Source: Candidatus Omnitrophota bacterium (lineage in GTDB: Bacteria > Omnitrophota > Gorgyraeia > Zapsychrales > Zapsychraceae). Taken from it: a DNA stretch of 64,000 bases. Under the pieces are notes generated by a model. That model made no database searches. It was not told the DNA's origin and saw only the letters and a list, made by a program, of their open reading frames with translations. The position numbers and the translations under genes were made by a program. The stretch lies in assembly GCA_015233115.1 (NCBI GenBank), contig JADFYJ010000009.1, positions 12,163-76,162 of the forward strand. Direction: 5' to 3'. Shown here one piece after another: positions 40,903-50,763 of the stretch (positions are counted from its first letter, which is position 1; each line of letters starts with the position of its first letter).

Positions 40903-41511
40903 ATGAGACGAGTATTTCTAACATTTATATTATTGTTTTGCTTTTTTGTAACCGGATGTTCTGTTTTTTCTTTTGCAAAGAAAAAACCGTCTACGACCAC
41001 AGTTACTTTTATCCCTTCTTATCTTCAGGATGCCCATCTCATTAACTCGGAATTATTACGTAAAGGCGGAAATTTATTGATCAGTTCGTTTCTTCCGGGC
41101 ACCGAAGTGGCGGCCGGGCCGGAGGCGGATAATGTTTCGGTCATGGTTGTCCGGGGATTTATGGATGTTTATGAGTCACAAACCAAAGAATTTCAAAAAT
41201 CAAAAATCGATTTAATTTTTTCGGATAAAGAACAAAAACCTGATTTTATTTTAGATGGAAGCATATTAGCCATGGATGTTCCGTCTTTTTTCCAAAAATG
41301 GTTTTTGTTTAAGCACAAAATGACTTTAACGATTGAAGGACAACTTAAAGAAAAAGAATCCGGGAGGATTGTATTCGTGTTTAAAGATACACAAGTTGCT
41401 AGGCTTAAAGGTGGAGACTGGACTGAAATGGGACGTAAACTCGGCCAAAATTTAGCTAAATGGATTTTAGCGGAAGAAGAACGACAGAGCAGAACAGAAA
41501 TTATTAAGTAA
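40903..41511 (+). CDS. Putative lipoprotein
   Basis: Lipobox-like VTGC. Confidence 0.65.
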   Translation: MRRVFLTFILLFCFFVTGCSVFSFAKKKPSTTTVTFIPSYLQDAHLINSELLRKGGNLLISSFLPGTEVAAGPEADNVSVMVVRGFMDVYESQTKEFQKSKIDLIFSDKEQKPDFILDGSILAMDVPSFFQKWFLFKHKMTLTIEGQLKEKESGRIVFVFKDTQVARLKGGDWTEMGRKLGQNLAKWILAEEERQSRTEIIK

Positions 41512-41766
41512 CCGAGTAACCGAGTAACCGAGTAACCGAGTAACAGAGCAAAAGCGATTGGTAAAAAAGCGATTGATGTCAAACGATCGGTGCGATTGAT
41601 AAAGTTACAAAGCAAAAATTAATGATAAAAAGTTAAATTTATTTAACAGGGGCAATTAAAGATATCATTCGGTTTAAAAATTCTGGATTTGTTTAATTTA
41701 TGCTTTTTTTTCAAATCGTTTTTAAGTTTTTACTTGGTTACTCTGTTACTCGGTCACTTTGTTACT
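41507..41766. repeat. AGTAACCG octamer array (41507-41546) and degenerate inverse arm (41731-41766); further inverse arm 42842-42899
   Basis: (agtaaccg)4 agtaacag versus (cggttact)-like units. Confidence 0.8.
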
Positions 41767-41784
41767 ATTAATGAGGTCAAAATT

Positions 41785-42774
41785 ATGAAGATTATCACCG
41801 GCGGGGCTGGATTTATTGGAAGCTGTATTGTGGCGAAACTCAATGAGTTGGGTTATGATGATTTGATTGTGGTTGATCATCTGGAGGATCATTTACTGCC
41901 CGACGTCAGTACAGATCCGAAAGTGCATAATTTGACGGAGAAAAAGTATATTAAGTTTTATGATAAAACGGATTTTCTTGATTTGATTGCTGGAAACAAA
42001 TTGGATGTCAATATCTCGGCGATCATTCATATGGGCGCTTGCAGTTCCACGACAGTGCAGGACGCGAAATATTTTCAGGAAAATAATTTAGAATACACCC
42101 GCACTTTATCCAATTGGGCGTTGAAGAATGAAATCCGGTTTATTTACGCGAGTTCTGCCGCGACTTATGGTGACGGGAGTGTTGGGTATAAAGACGATGA
42201 TGACACAGTTAGGAAATGTAAACCGCTCAATTTGTATGGTCAATCAAAACAGGATTTTGATATTTCGGCATTAGAAAATCATTATCTCGACCGGATGGTG
42301 GGGTTGAAGTTTTTTAACGTATTTGGTCCGAATGAATATCACAAAGCAGATATGCGTAGTGTGGTTAATAAGGCGTATAAACGGGTTGCGGAAGAAGGTA
42401 AAATGAGTTTGTTTAAATCGTATCATCCAGACTTTGGGGATGGAGAACAAAAACGAGATTTTATTTATGTGAAAGATGCGGTAGATGTGGTCATGTATTT
42501 TTTGGATCATCCTGAAGTCAATGGCATTTTCAACGTTGGTACTGGTCAAGCGCGTTCGTGGAATGATTTGGCGCAAGCTTTGTTTAAAGCTGTGGGGAAA
42601 AAGCCACATATCGAATATATTCCCATGCCGGAAATTTTAAAGGACAAGTACCAATATTTTACCCAAGCGGATATGACGAAATTAAAAAAAAGCGGATACA
42701 CCAAACCATTCACGTCTTTAGAAGCAGCCGTCGAAGATTACGTGAGTTATTTAAAAAATCACAGATATTGGTAA
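41785..42774 (+). CDS. hldD: ADP-L-glycero-D-manno-heptose 6-epimerase
   Basis: TGGAGFIGS, HMGACSST, YASSAATYG, PLNLYGQSK, YQYFTQA. Confidence 0.95.
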   Translation: MKIITGGAGFIGSCIVAKLNELGYDDLIVVDHLEDHLLPDVSTDPKVHNLTEKKYIKFYDKTDFLDLIAGNKLDVNISAIIHMGACSSTTVQDAKYFQENNLEYTRTLSNWALKNEIRFIYASSAATYGDGSVGYKDDDDTVRKCKPLNLYGQSKQDFDISALENHYLDRMVGLKFFNVFGPNEYHKADMRSVVNKAYKRVAEEGKMSLFKSYHPDFGDGEQKRDFIYVKDAVDVVMYFLDHPEVNGIFNVGTGQARSWNDLAQALFKAVGKKPHIEYIPMPEILKDKYQYFTQADMTKLKKSGYTKPFTSLEAAVEDYVSYLKNHRYW

Positions 42775-42914
42775 ATTTTTATGTTTTATTTGTAGCTCTT
42801 GATGAGCTTTAATTTATTAAACCCATCGTTTTTAGTTTTTGCTCTGTTACTTTGTTACTCGGTTACTTTGTCACTCGGTTACTCGGTTACTCGGTTACTT
42901 TTCAAGGAGGTTAT

Positions 42915-44198
42915 ATGATCTGGTTCGTGCTTATAATTATTATCGGGTTTGTTGTCGTTGCTTTGATCCTGATGCTAAATAAGCAAATGGCAGGGAAACA
43001 TCTTCCGCTGGATGCCGTTCCGATTTCTGATATAAACGAGATTAAGGAAATGCGTCAAAATCCCCAGTATAAAAAAGGGAAACCTTTGTCAATTTCGCAG
43101 ACTGTTGACCATTTAGCTTATCATTTGGAAGTGGTTAATAATGAGCGGCTGCCGGAAATCGCCAGAGAGATTGATGGTCTAAAAGGTGAATTCCAGAATA
43201 AACAAGCTGAATCTGAAGAAATGATCCGCCAGTTAAAACTGGATAATCAAAAATTGGAAGACGCGCTTAAACGTGAAATGTCATCTCGGGAAATTAAAAT
43301 TTTGGCAGAAGAGGAAAAACGCCAGCTCAAAGATAAAGACGAGCAGCTGCGCCTCATGCGGGATGCTAATGTTCAACTTAATGATGAAAATAAACGCTTG
43401 CGGGATGACCTGATCCTGCTTCAGAAAGAAAAAACTGAGCTGTTGAAAAAATATGATTCACTGGACCAGGAATTACACGCGAACCGCCTAGAAAAAGAAA
43501 AATGGATGAGCGAAAAACGTGAAACCGAAATGCGGCTGGATATGACCCGCATGGAAATGGAAAAAGATTTTCAATCAAAACTTGCGGAACAGTCTCAAAT
43601 GCTGGGGAACAAACATTTAGAATTAGCGAATAATAAAGCTGGTCTGGAATTAGAGTATCAAAAAATTACGAATATCGCTGAAGAGTTAAAATCACAAAAA
43701 TCCGCGCTGGAAATCCGCTGTACCTCATCAGATATTGAAATTGATTCCTTACGGAAACAAGTTGATTACTTGAGCAAGGCCAATGCCGGGCAAGTGGATA
43801 ATTTAAAGGCTGAAATCATGAAGTTGAATTTCGAATTAGATAATAAAGCCCAAGAATTTACCGGAATTTTGCGGCAAAGGGAAGATATTCACGGCGATAT
43901 TAACCGCGCTGTTGATAAAGTTCGGGATGAGTATCGATTGGTCGTGGATGAGCGGATTAAACAATTAGATACCTTAAACCATCAAATAAAATTTTTACAG
44001 GATGAACATGATGAGTTGAGTAAGGAAAAACGTGCTGTGGAGACAAAGCTGGAAAATGCCGATCAAGTGACGGCGCGAATGCAAGAAAGGGAACGTCAAT
44101 TAAATTATGAGTTGGTAAAAGCTAGGGCTCAAATTTTAGGGTTAGAGCGTATTTGTAGTGATTATCGCTTAAGAGTGGAATCATTATCGAAGGTTTAG
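42915..44198 (+). CDS. Membrane-anchored long coiled-coil protein
   Basis: GGAGG RBS, N-terminal TM segment, E/K/L/Q heptads. Confidence 0.75.
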   Translation: MIWFVLIIIIGFVVVALILMLNKQMAGKHLPLDAVPISDINEIKEMRQNPQYKKGKPLSISQTVDHLAYHLEVVNNERLPEIAREIDGLKGEFQNKQAESEEMIRQLKLDNQKLEDALKREMSSREIKILAEEEKRQLKDKDEQLRLMRDANVQLNDENKRLRDDLILLQKEKTELLKKYDSLDQELHANRLEKEKWMSEKRETEMRLDMTRMEMEKDFQSKLAEQSQMLGNKHLELANNKAGLELEYQKITNIAEELKSQKSALEIRCTSSDIEIDSLRKQVDYLSKANAGQVDNLKAEIMKLNFELDNKAQEFTGILRQREDIHGDINRAVDKVRDEYRLVVDERIKQLDTLNHQIKFLQDEHDELSKEKRAVETKLENADQVTARMQERERQLNYELVKARAQILGLERICSDYRLRVESLSKV

Positions 44199-44203
44199 TA
44201 ATT

Positions 44204-44671
44204 ATGCCGGATGAATCATTAAATTTAAATCAAATTTTGGCGGAAGACATTATGTCAGAGGGGGTCGTATCGGTCAAACCGGATATGCTTTTGGGACAAG
44301 TCGCGCATTTGATGTTGCGTGATAGGGTCAGTGGAGTTCCGGTTCTTGATAATGATCAACGTATTGTCGGGATAGTGACGTTGACGGATTTTTTTATATT
44401 ATTGGATAAAATTTCTCAAGATCTTCCGGGTGAAGGTGATGATGCGCGAAGTAAAACGTTGCATTCTGTTTTAGAACAAACCAAGAATCTTCCGGTTTCA
44501 GCGATTATGTCCAAAACTATTGTTTCAATTTCTCCTAAAATGACATTGAAGGAAATTTTGGATATCGTGATCAAATGGCAGACGCATACGTTGCCCGTGA
44601 TGAGTGATGGAAAGGTAGTCGGAGTAATCGGCCGCCATGATATTTTAAATGCCATTTATGTTTATGGTTAA
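44204..44671 (+). CDS. CBS-pair protein
   Basis: DIMS..SGVPV..VGIVT and IMS..LPV..VGVI. Confidence 0.88.
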   Translation: MPDESLNLNQILAEDIMSEGVVSVKPDMLLGQVAHLMLRDRVSGVPVLDNDQRIVGIVTLTDFFILLDKISQDLPGEGDDARSKTLHSVLEQTKNLPVSAIMSKTIVSISPKMTLKEILDIVIKWQTHTLPVMSDGKVVGVIGRHDILNAIYVYG

Positions 44672-44822
44672 AAAAATAGTGTTTGCGCCATTTTTAACAG
44701 GGTGTTCGTAGGGGCGATCACCCGATCGCCCGAAACAAAAGTATCGTTTTTTATTTATTTGAAATGACAAAATGATTAAGCAAAGTTTGCAATAGACTTT
44801 TAATCTGATATAATTTAAAACA

Positions 44823-45332
44823 ATGAAAAAATCACTTATCATAATGTTAGCCCTTATCAGCATGGCTTTGTCCGCCTGCTCTTCTATTCAAGAAGCCGGC
44901 CGCAAAGTCTGGGGCACATCGACGACATATTTGGATCCGTCTCGTTGTGAGGCGCTTTCTAAAACATATACGTGCGCTTATGATGATTGTTATGACGCAG
45001 TTTTGAGTTTGAGTAATGTTGTTGTTGAGCAACTTAAAAACGCGCCTAAAGAAACGAATCAAATTTTAAAAGGCATTAAAACAAAACCATCGGTTTTAAT
45101 ACACGCCGGAAATCCTTTTTCAGTTTTTCAAGAAGACCGCTTGCGCGGCATCATTGTCCTGATGGATGTGCCGGGTCAGGTTGATACAACAGAAATAGGA
45201 GTATTTTTTACGAAATATTCCGGGACAAAGGATGTAAAGCTGGAAATAACATCACTTAGCACCATGGCGCGCAACAAAGCCGCCCAAGCGATTTTTAATT
45301 TGTTGGATTCAAAATTCCCGGTTGCAAAGTAA
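44823..45332 (+). CDS. Putative lipoprotein
   Basis: Lipobox LSAC. Confidence 0.7.
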   Translation: MKKSLIIMLALISMALSACSSIQEAGRKVWGTSTTYLDPSRCEALSKTYTCAYDDCYDAVLSLSNVVVEQLKNAPKETNQILKGIKTKPSVLIHAGNPFSVFQEDRLRGIIVLMDVPGQVDTTEIGVFFTKYSGTKDVKLEITSLSTMARNKAAQAIFNLLDSKFPVAK

Positions 45333-45422
45333 GACCTTCTGGTATTAATTGCCTTTGTTCGTAGGGGCGATCTCCCGATCGCCCGTAACAAAATTTTCGC
45401 TTTTTATTGAGATATTAAACAT

Positions 45423-46529
45423 ATGAAACTTAATTATAACCGAGACACTCAAATCATAGCCACGCTTGGCCCCGCGTCTATCCATGAAGATATTTTGACC
45501 CAAATGGCGCGCAAAGGTTTGAATATCGTCCGTCTTAATTTCTCTCATGGATCATATGACCAGCATCAGGGCTCGATTGATCTGGTGCGCAAGATTAACC
45601 GCAAACATAAATTTAATGTCAAAATTCTGCAGGACTTGGAAGGATACCGCATCCGCATTGGCCGCTTGAATCAGCCGATTGAACTTAAACGGGGAGCAAC
45701 GCATTATCTAACAAATAATAAGTCATCAGCCTATGGATCCCCGACTAAAGCACTCGGGGATGACGGCGGTTGTGTCATTCCCGCGAAGGCGGGAATCGGT
45801 GCCGCCGCCATATTTTTTGATTATTCCGGAAATATTAAAGATATACCTAACGGCTCTCAAATTTTTATTGATGACGGACGTATTTGCTTGCGGGTCAAAA
45901 GCAGAGACAATCACGCGTTGGTTGTGACTGTTGTTGACGGCGGCATGCTTCAATCCCGTAAAGGAATTAATATTCCGGGCCTTAAATTAAAGCAGGAAAC
46001 TTTTACTTCTAAAGATAAAAAAGACCTTAAGTTCGGAATTGAAAATAAAGTTGATTTAATCGCGCAATCCTTTGTGCGTGATGCGGATGATATTATGCAC
46101 GTGGTTCGCCGCGTTAAGCCTATTCTGCCTCATTGCCGGGTTATTTCTAAAATTGAAAATCATGAGGGGATTTCTCACGTAGATAGTATCATTGCGGCTT
46201 GCGACGGCATTATGGTCGCGCGGGGAGACCTGGGTGTCAGCTTGCCGATTTTTCAAGTGCCTTTGATGCAGAAATATATTATCCGCCGGTGTAACCGCAA
46301 TAAAAAATTTGTTATTGTGGCGACCCAGATGCTGGAAAGTATGACGGAAAATAACCGGCCGACCAGGGCGGAAGTATCAGATGTGGCCAACGCGATTTTA
46401 GACGGCGCTGACGCAGTTATGCTCTCTGGGGAAACCGCAGTCGGAAAATTTCCGGTTGAGACCATTGACATGATGGCGAAAATTGTAGATTATACCGAAA
46501 AATCACAGCAAATAAATATGGTGCCTTAA
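45423..46529 (+). CDS. pyk: Pyruvate kinase, short form lacking C-terminal domain, with in-frame REP insert
   Basis: [47 protein letters not shown]. Confidence 0.93.
   Translation: MKLNYNRDTQIIATLGPASIHEDILTQMARKGLNIVRLNFSHGSYDQHQGSIDLVRKINRKHKFNVKILQDLEGYRIRIGRLNQPIELKRGATHYLTNNKSSAYGSPTKALGDDGGCVIPAKAGIGAAAIFFDYSGNIKDIPNGSQIFIDDGRICLRVKSRDNHALVVTVVDGGMLQSRKGINIPGLKLKQETFTSKDKKDLKFGIENKVDLIAQSFVRDADDIMHVVRRVKPILPHCRVISKIENHEGISHVDSIIAACDGIMVARGDLGVSLPIFQVPLMQKYIIRRCNRNKKFVIVATQMLESMTENNRPTRAEVSDVANAILDGADAVMLSGETAVGKFPVETIDMMAKIVDYTEKSQQINMVP
45735..45797. repeat. Pair of dRS3/RPE-like palindromes in frame in pyk
   Basis: ggatccccga..tcggggatgac plus gtcattcccgcgaaggcgggaatc (ATTCCC-N8-GGGAAT). 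Confidence 0.8.
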
Positions 46530-46565
46530 TGATGGCAATGCGATTGATGGGAAAACGATTGATCC

Positions 46566-46852
46566 GGGCGATCACCCGATCGTCTTTACGAAATGTATGT
46601 TTTTAAAAAAAGTAATTTGTATTTAATAAGATGAATTTAATTGGTTTGTCGTAGGGGCGATCACCCGATCGTCTTTACGAAATGTATGTTTTTAAAAAAT
46701 GTAATTTGTATTTAATAAGATGAATTTAATTGGTTTGTCGTAGGGGCGATCACTCGATCGTCTTTACGAAATGTATGTTTTTAAAAAATGTAATTTGTAT
46801 TTAATAAGATGAATTTAATTGGTTTGTCGTAGGGGCGATCACCCGATCGTCC
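46566..46852. repeat. 89-bp tandem repeat (~3.2 copies), each unit containing a GTAG REP
   Basis: GTAG starts at 46651, 46740, 46829; near-identical units. Confidence 0.92.
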
Positions 46853-46897
46853 GTAACAAAATTGTCGTTGTTGTTTTACAAAATATGGAATAATTTT

Positions 46898-47419
46898 ATG
46901 ATCGAACATGAATTTTTATTTTTAGGTTTACTTAAAGCTGGCCCCAAACACGGTTATGAAGTCAAGCGCATCATCGAAGAAGAACTTCAGCCATTACTAG
47001 GCCTTAAAATCAAGTCCATTTATTATCCTTTGAAGCAAATGGAAAAATACGGTTTGATTAGTAAAGAAACCGACCGCTCCGGCAATTTTCCTGAGAAATA
47101 CGTCTACACTTTGACTGCGCAGGGAGCAAAAGTTTTTGACCGCCAAGTGACAGAAAGTTTTTTAACTGTCGAACGCCCGTATTTCAATATTGATCTGTCC
47201 TTATATTTTCTGCAGTATGTTGATAAAAAAACCGCCCAGCGGAAATTAAGGGGGCGGACTTTGGTTCTCAAACGTATCCGCACGGAATTGCTTAAGTTAA
47301 GCAACGCTGTATCCTCTTCCCGGAAATACTTGCAAATCATTTTGACCCACGACCTCGACCTGGTGGAAGCAGAAATCAATTTCATTTCCCGCTTGATGAA
47401 ATCGTTGAATAATGCGTAA
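46898..47419 (+). CDS. PadR family transcriptional regulator
   Basis: LGLL..GPKHGYE, SIYYPL, Y.LT..G. Confidence 0.88.
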   Translation: MIEHEFLFLGLLKAGPKHGYEVKRIIEEELQPLLGLKIKSIYYPLKQMEKYGLISKETDRSGNFPEKYVYTLTAQGAKVFDRQVTESFLTVERPYFNIDLSLYFLQYVDKKTAQRKLRGRTLVLKRIRTELLKLSNAVSSSRKYLQIILTHDLDLVEAEINFISRLMKSLNNA

Positions 47420-47573
47420 ACTCAACTAACATACTCCGCAAAGACGCTTACCGTAATATCTATTAGTATTAATTATTTTAGAATATTTTTTGATATTTAA
47501 TTGCTTTCTTAATTAGTTCTAATATTATAAGATATGAATTAATTAGAACTATTTTATATTCCTTGACAACAAT

Positions 47574-48746
47574 ATGACTCAGCTCAAAAAAAATAAATGG
47601 TGTCTGCTCTCGGTTAACCTATTTTTCAGCCGAGATCTGACACCATTTATTTTGACACCATTTATTTTTTTTATTTGCTTCGCGCTTTTTCCTGCTAACG
47701 CTTTCGCGTTATATTATTCCGGCGGTCCTGGTTACACCGATACTTTTGGCCGGGTGGTCTCAGCGGATGCCATGGTTTTTTCGTCCGTTGCGGCGCAGTC
47801 TTTTATGCCGTCTGCCGCGTCTACACCTATGGCACAAATGGCTATTGCCCAGGATATCTCCGTGCCTGGCGGCGGAGTGACTGCGGCGAGCGGCATCCGT
47901 ATCCGCATTCCTTCCGGCTTGAATATGACCTGGGACGGATGTCCCACGACCACGGCAACCATTACCGGCAGTGCTGTGACCAAAGTTTCGACTACGGTCA
48001 ATTGCGCGGATTCCAGCAAAACCATGGTGATTAGCGTAAACACCCCTTTCTCCAACGGCGACTCTATTACAGTCAGCGGCCTTTCTTTTGTGAATTTCAA
48101 CGCGCTTGGTTCAGGTTACTTGGGATTGGACATTACCAACAACGGCAGTCTTATCGCGACTGATCCATACTCTAAAGAAATCGGCGGTTTCTCCGGCGGA
48201 ACAGGATATAGTGCCGCCTTTGCCAGGGCGGCTACTGTCAGTCTCATCGGAATGAGCAGCGGCTCCGCGCAATCTTTTCTGCCGTCAGCCGCGTCCACAC
48301 CAGTCAGCACCATGACCATTTATCAGGACACAGCCATAGGCGGCACCAGCATAACAGCAGCCAATGATATCCGGATTAAAATTCCTTCCGGCTTAAATAT
48401 GACCTGGAATACTGGAATTACCTCGGCCGCAATTGGAGGGCCGTCTATGGCCAAAGTCGCGCCAGACGTAACCTATGAGAATAGCGGCAAGACCTTGGTC
48501 ATTAATGTCAGCGCGGATTTTGTAAATGGCGATAGTGTGACAGTCGGTGGTTTGTCCTTGACCAATTTTAACAGCATGGGCCAAGGTTATCTGGGAGTCG
48601 AAATCGACCACGCCGGCAACACGACATCCTCAGACACATACACCAAAGAAATCGGCCCCTATTCCGGCGGAACAGGAGAAAGTCACAGTACAAGTATGAA
48701 CACCCGGGGCGACCCGAATGGAATACAATTCGCGACACCGTTTTAA
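47574..48746 (+). CDS. Exported beta-rich protein with two ~155-aa internal repeats
   Basis: QSFxPSAASTP..IRIxIPSGLNMTW..NGDSxTVxGLS..KEIG occurs twice; signal peptide ANAFA. Confidence 0.8.
   Translation: MTQLKKNKWCLLSVNLFFSRDLTPFILTPFIFFICFALFPANAFALYYSGGPGYTDTFGRVVSADAMVFSSVAAQSFMPSAASTPMAQMAIAQDISVPGGGVTAASGIRIRIPSGLNMTWDGCPTTTATITGSAVTKVSTTVNCADSSKTMVISVNTPFSNGDSITVSGLSFVNFNALGSGYLGLDITNNGSLIATDPYSKEIGGFSGGTGYSAAFARAATVSLIGMSSGSAQSFLPSAASTPVSTMTIYQDTAIGGTSITAANDIRIKIPSGLNMTWNTGITSAAIGGPSMAKVAPDVTYENSGKTLVINVSADFVNGDSVTVGGLSLTNFNSMGQGYLGVEIDHAGNTTSSDTYTKEIGPYSGGTGESHSTSMNTRGDPNGIQFATPF
47599..47644. mobile_element. 46-bp minimal GGTGTC..GACACC element in frame within signal peptide
   Basis: ggtgtctgctctcgg..ccgagatctgacacc; encodes WCLLS..RDLTP. 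Confidence 0.8.
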
Positions 48747-48754
48747 TATATAAA

Positions 48755-48908
48755 ACCCCTCAACCTCGCCTTCTCCCCTCAGGGGAGAAGGGACAAAACG
48801 ATATTTCTATCGTCCAAAAGGGGAAGAAAATAAGTGGTATTTTTTTTTCGAAAAAATGGAAGGAACAAAGGATTCCTCTCCCCTTCGGGGAGAGGAAAGG
48901 GTGAGGGG
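48755..48908. repeat. Inverted pair of ctctcccc-N-ggggagag REP-like palindromes
   Basis: ccctcaacctcgccttctcccctcaggggagaagg and cctctccccttcggggagaggaaagggtgagggg. Confidence 0.75.
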
Positions 48909-48926
48909 AAAAGAAAGGCATATTTT

Positions 48927-50507
48927 ATGAATATAATTAAGCATCTTATAATTTTAACAATTTTGGCCGGGAGCTTGTTTTTTCTTCCACCTCCTGCCCG
49001 CGCCTCCAACGTCACTGTCACCTCGGTTTCGTTGCTGGCTCAAAACAGTGGGACCCGTCCAATTCAATTTACCGTATCCTGGGACAATTCCTGGTTTGTC
49101 TCCGGCGCGCCTGGGCCTGACGCCAATTGGGACGCGGTTTGGGTGTTTGCCAAATTTCGTAAAAATTCCGGGACTGGCTGGTCAAATTGGGCGCATGCCA
49201 CGCTGGACAAGACAGTCGGCAATCATACTGCTCCGGCAGGGTCACAAATCACACTCGGCTGTTCACCTGGTGTGGACTGTTCCAACGGAGCCAATACTGT
49301 CAAAGGCATATTTTTTTACCGCAGTGCTACCGGCACCCCCGGCACAGTCACTTTTACCAATTCCGCTATCAACTGGCTTTACAGCACAGACGGTGTAGCG
49401 GATGGCGATTGGGTGGATGTCAAAGTTTTTGCTATTGAAATGGTTTATGTTCCGTCCGGCAGTTTTTGGATCGGCGATCCATCTAAGAACGGGACTGATC
49501 CTTTTTATTCTTATGGTTGTACTTCGCCGAATTGCGCTTATCAGATTACCTCTGAAAACGCAATTACTGTCGGCACAACTAACGGCAACCTTTACTACAC
49601 CAACAGCGTCAACGGCGGCGACCGCGGCACACCCATTCCAGCCGCGTTTCCTAAAGGATATAATGCTTTTTATATTATGAAAACCGAGGTCTCGCAAAAG
49701 CAGTACGCGGAATTTTTAAACACGCTCAATCCAGGCCAGCAATCCGCGCGCTGGGTAACCGGGTATTTTAACTCTAATCGTTATTTCATCAAAAAATCCG
49801 TTGACGCCCGATTTGGCGTGGATGGGAATAATAACGCGGGAGCGGATGGTTCAGCGACTTATAACAGCATGAATGAATCCGACGATGGCGGATGGGTGGC
49901 ATGCAATTATCTTTCGTGGATGGATAATGCCGCTTTCGCGGAATGGGCAGCCTTGCGTCCGATGACGGAATTTGAGTTCGAGAAAGCCGCCCGCGGCGAT
50001 CAGCCAGCTGTGGCTGGTGAATATGCTTGGGGTAATACCACTTTAACTCCGCCCAGTTCAGGTACGCCTTCGCTTAACCGTCAGGCTGGGGAAACAACGA
50101 ATGGCGGGAATTGCAATTACAACAGTGTTATCTCAGGTCCAATCCGGGTTGGATCTTATGCTGGTTCTGGTACGTCGCGGACTGCCGCAGGTGCAGGCTA
50201 TTACGGAGCATTAGATCTTTCAGGAAATTTATGGGAATTCTTGGTAACAGTAGGAAATTTAACGGGTAGAGGTTTTACTGGTGTGCATGGCAGTGGAGCA
50301 TTATCAGGGCAAGGATATGCTGTGCAAAGTTTATGGCCTGGATGGGGAGGGGCGCAAAATGACGGGGCAACAGGTTTGGGCTTGCGCGGCGGCACGTGGA
50401 GCCACACGTCGACGAACGAGTCAACCGCTGACCGGTTCGTCGGGGTGGCCTCGGGCACGAATCGTGTCAGCGATGTCGGGTTTCGTGCCTGCAGGACTTC
50501 TCCTTAG
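48927..50507 (+). CDS. DGR target: exported FGE-sulfatase (C-type-lectin fold) protein
   Basis: Signal peptide; MVYVPSG, EVSQKQY, RPMTEFEFEKAARG, DLSGNLWE, RGGTW..GFR; 3' end matches TR. Confidence 0.92.
   Translation: MNIIKHLIILTILAGSLFFLPPPARASNVTVTSVSLLAQNSGTRPIQFTVSWDNSWFVSGAPGPDANWDAVWVFAKFRKNSGTGWSNWAHATLDKTVGNHTAPAGSQITLGCSPGVDCSNGANTVKGIFFYRSATGTPGTVTFTNSAINWLYSTDGVADGDWVDVKVFAIEMVYVPSGSFWIGDPSKNGTDPFYSYGCTSPNCAYQITSENAITVGTTNGNLYYTNSVNGGDRGTPIPAAFPKGYNAFYIMKTEVSQKQYAEFLNTLNPGQQSARWVTGYFNSNRYFIKKSVDARFGVDGNNNAGADGSATYNSMNESDDGGWVACNYLSWMDNAAFAEWAALRPMTEFEFEKAARGDQPAVAGEYAWGNTTLTPPSSGTPSLNRQAGETTNGGNCNYNSVISGPIRVGSYAGSGTSRTAAGAGYYGALDLSGNLWEFLVTVGNLTGRGFTGVHGSGALSGQGYAVQSLWPGWGGAQNDGATGLGLRGGTWSHTSTNESTADRFVGVASGTNRVSDVGFRACRTSP
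50379..50492 (+). repeat. DGR variable region (VR)
   Basis: 114-bp ungapped match to 51663-51776; 20 of 21 mismatches are at TR adenines. Confidence 0.95.
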
Positions 50508-50534
50508 TGTGGGTTTTGTAAATTTGAAAACAAA

Positions 50535-50562
50535 CAGCCCAGGGGCGTAAGCCCCAAGGCTG
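50535..50562 (+). promoter_or_regulatory. DGR homing hairpin downstream of VR
   Basis: cagcc-ca-ggggc-GTAA-gcccc-aa-ggctg, 27 nt after the target stop. Confidence 0.75.
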
Positions 50563-50623
50563 AATCGATTGTGAAGAGATTGACGCTGCTGTAAATTGAT
50601 TCTTTGTAAATGACGTCGCTGTT

Positions 50624-50752
50624 GTAGGGGCGATCACCCGATCGCCCGTAACAAAATTGTCGTTTTTGTTGTTTGAATTTTTAAAAAAAGGAATGTTAGA
50701 AAAACGATTGATGGTAAAACGTTGATTCGGGCGATCGGGTGATCGCCCCTAC
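50624..50752. repeat. Inverted GTAG-REP pair (REPIN/BIME-like) inside the DGR
   Basis: gtaggggcgatcacccgatcgcccg ... cgggcgatcgggtgatcgcccctac. Confidence 0.85.
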
Positions 50753-50763
50753 ATAAAGCATAT

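Noticed and set aside
41689-42914. N-terminal extensions of hldD and the coiled-coil gene (also argS 11975, target 48834, echC 58166)
   Set aside because: They translate repeat DNA; downstream ATGs fit RBS position and/or family N-termini better
42915-44198. SMC/Rad50-like ATPase
   Set aside because: No Walker A/B motifs; only a TM anchor and coiled coil
46566-46852. Possible CRISPR array (palindromic repeat at regular spacing)
   Set aside because: Intervening sequences are near-identical, no cas genes, and the repeat occurs dispersed as a REP
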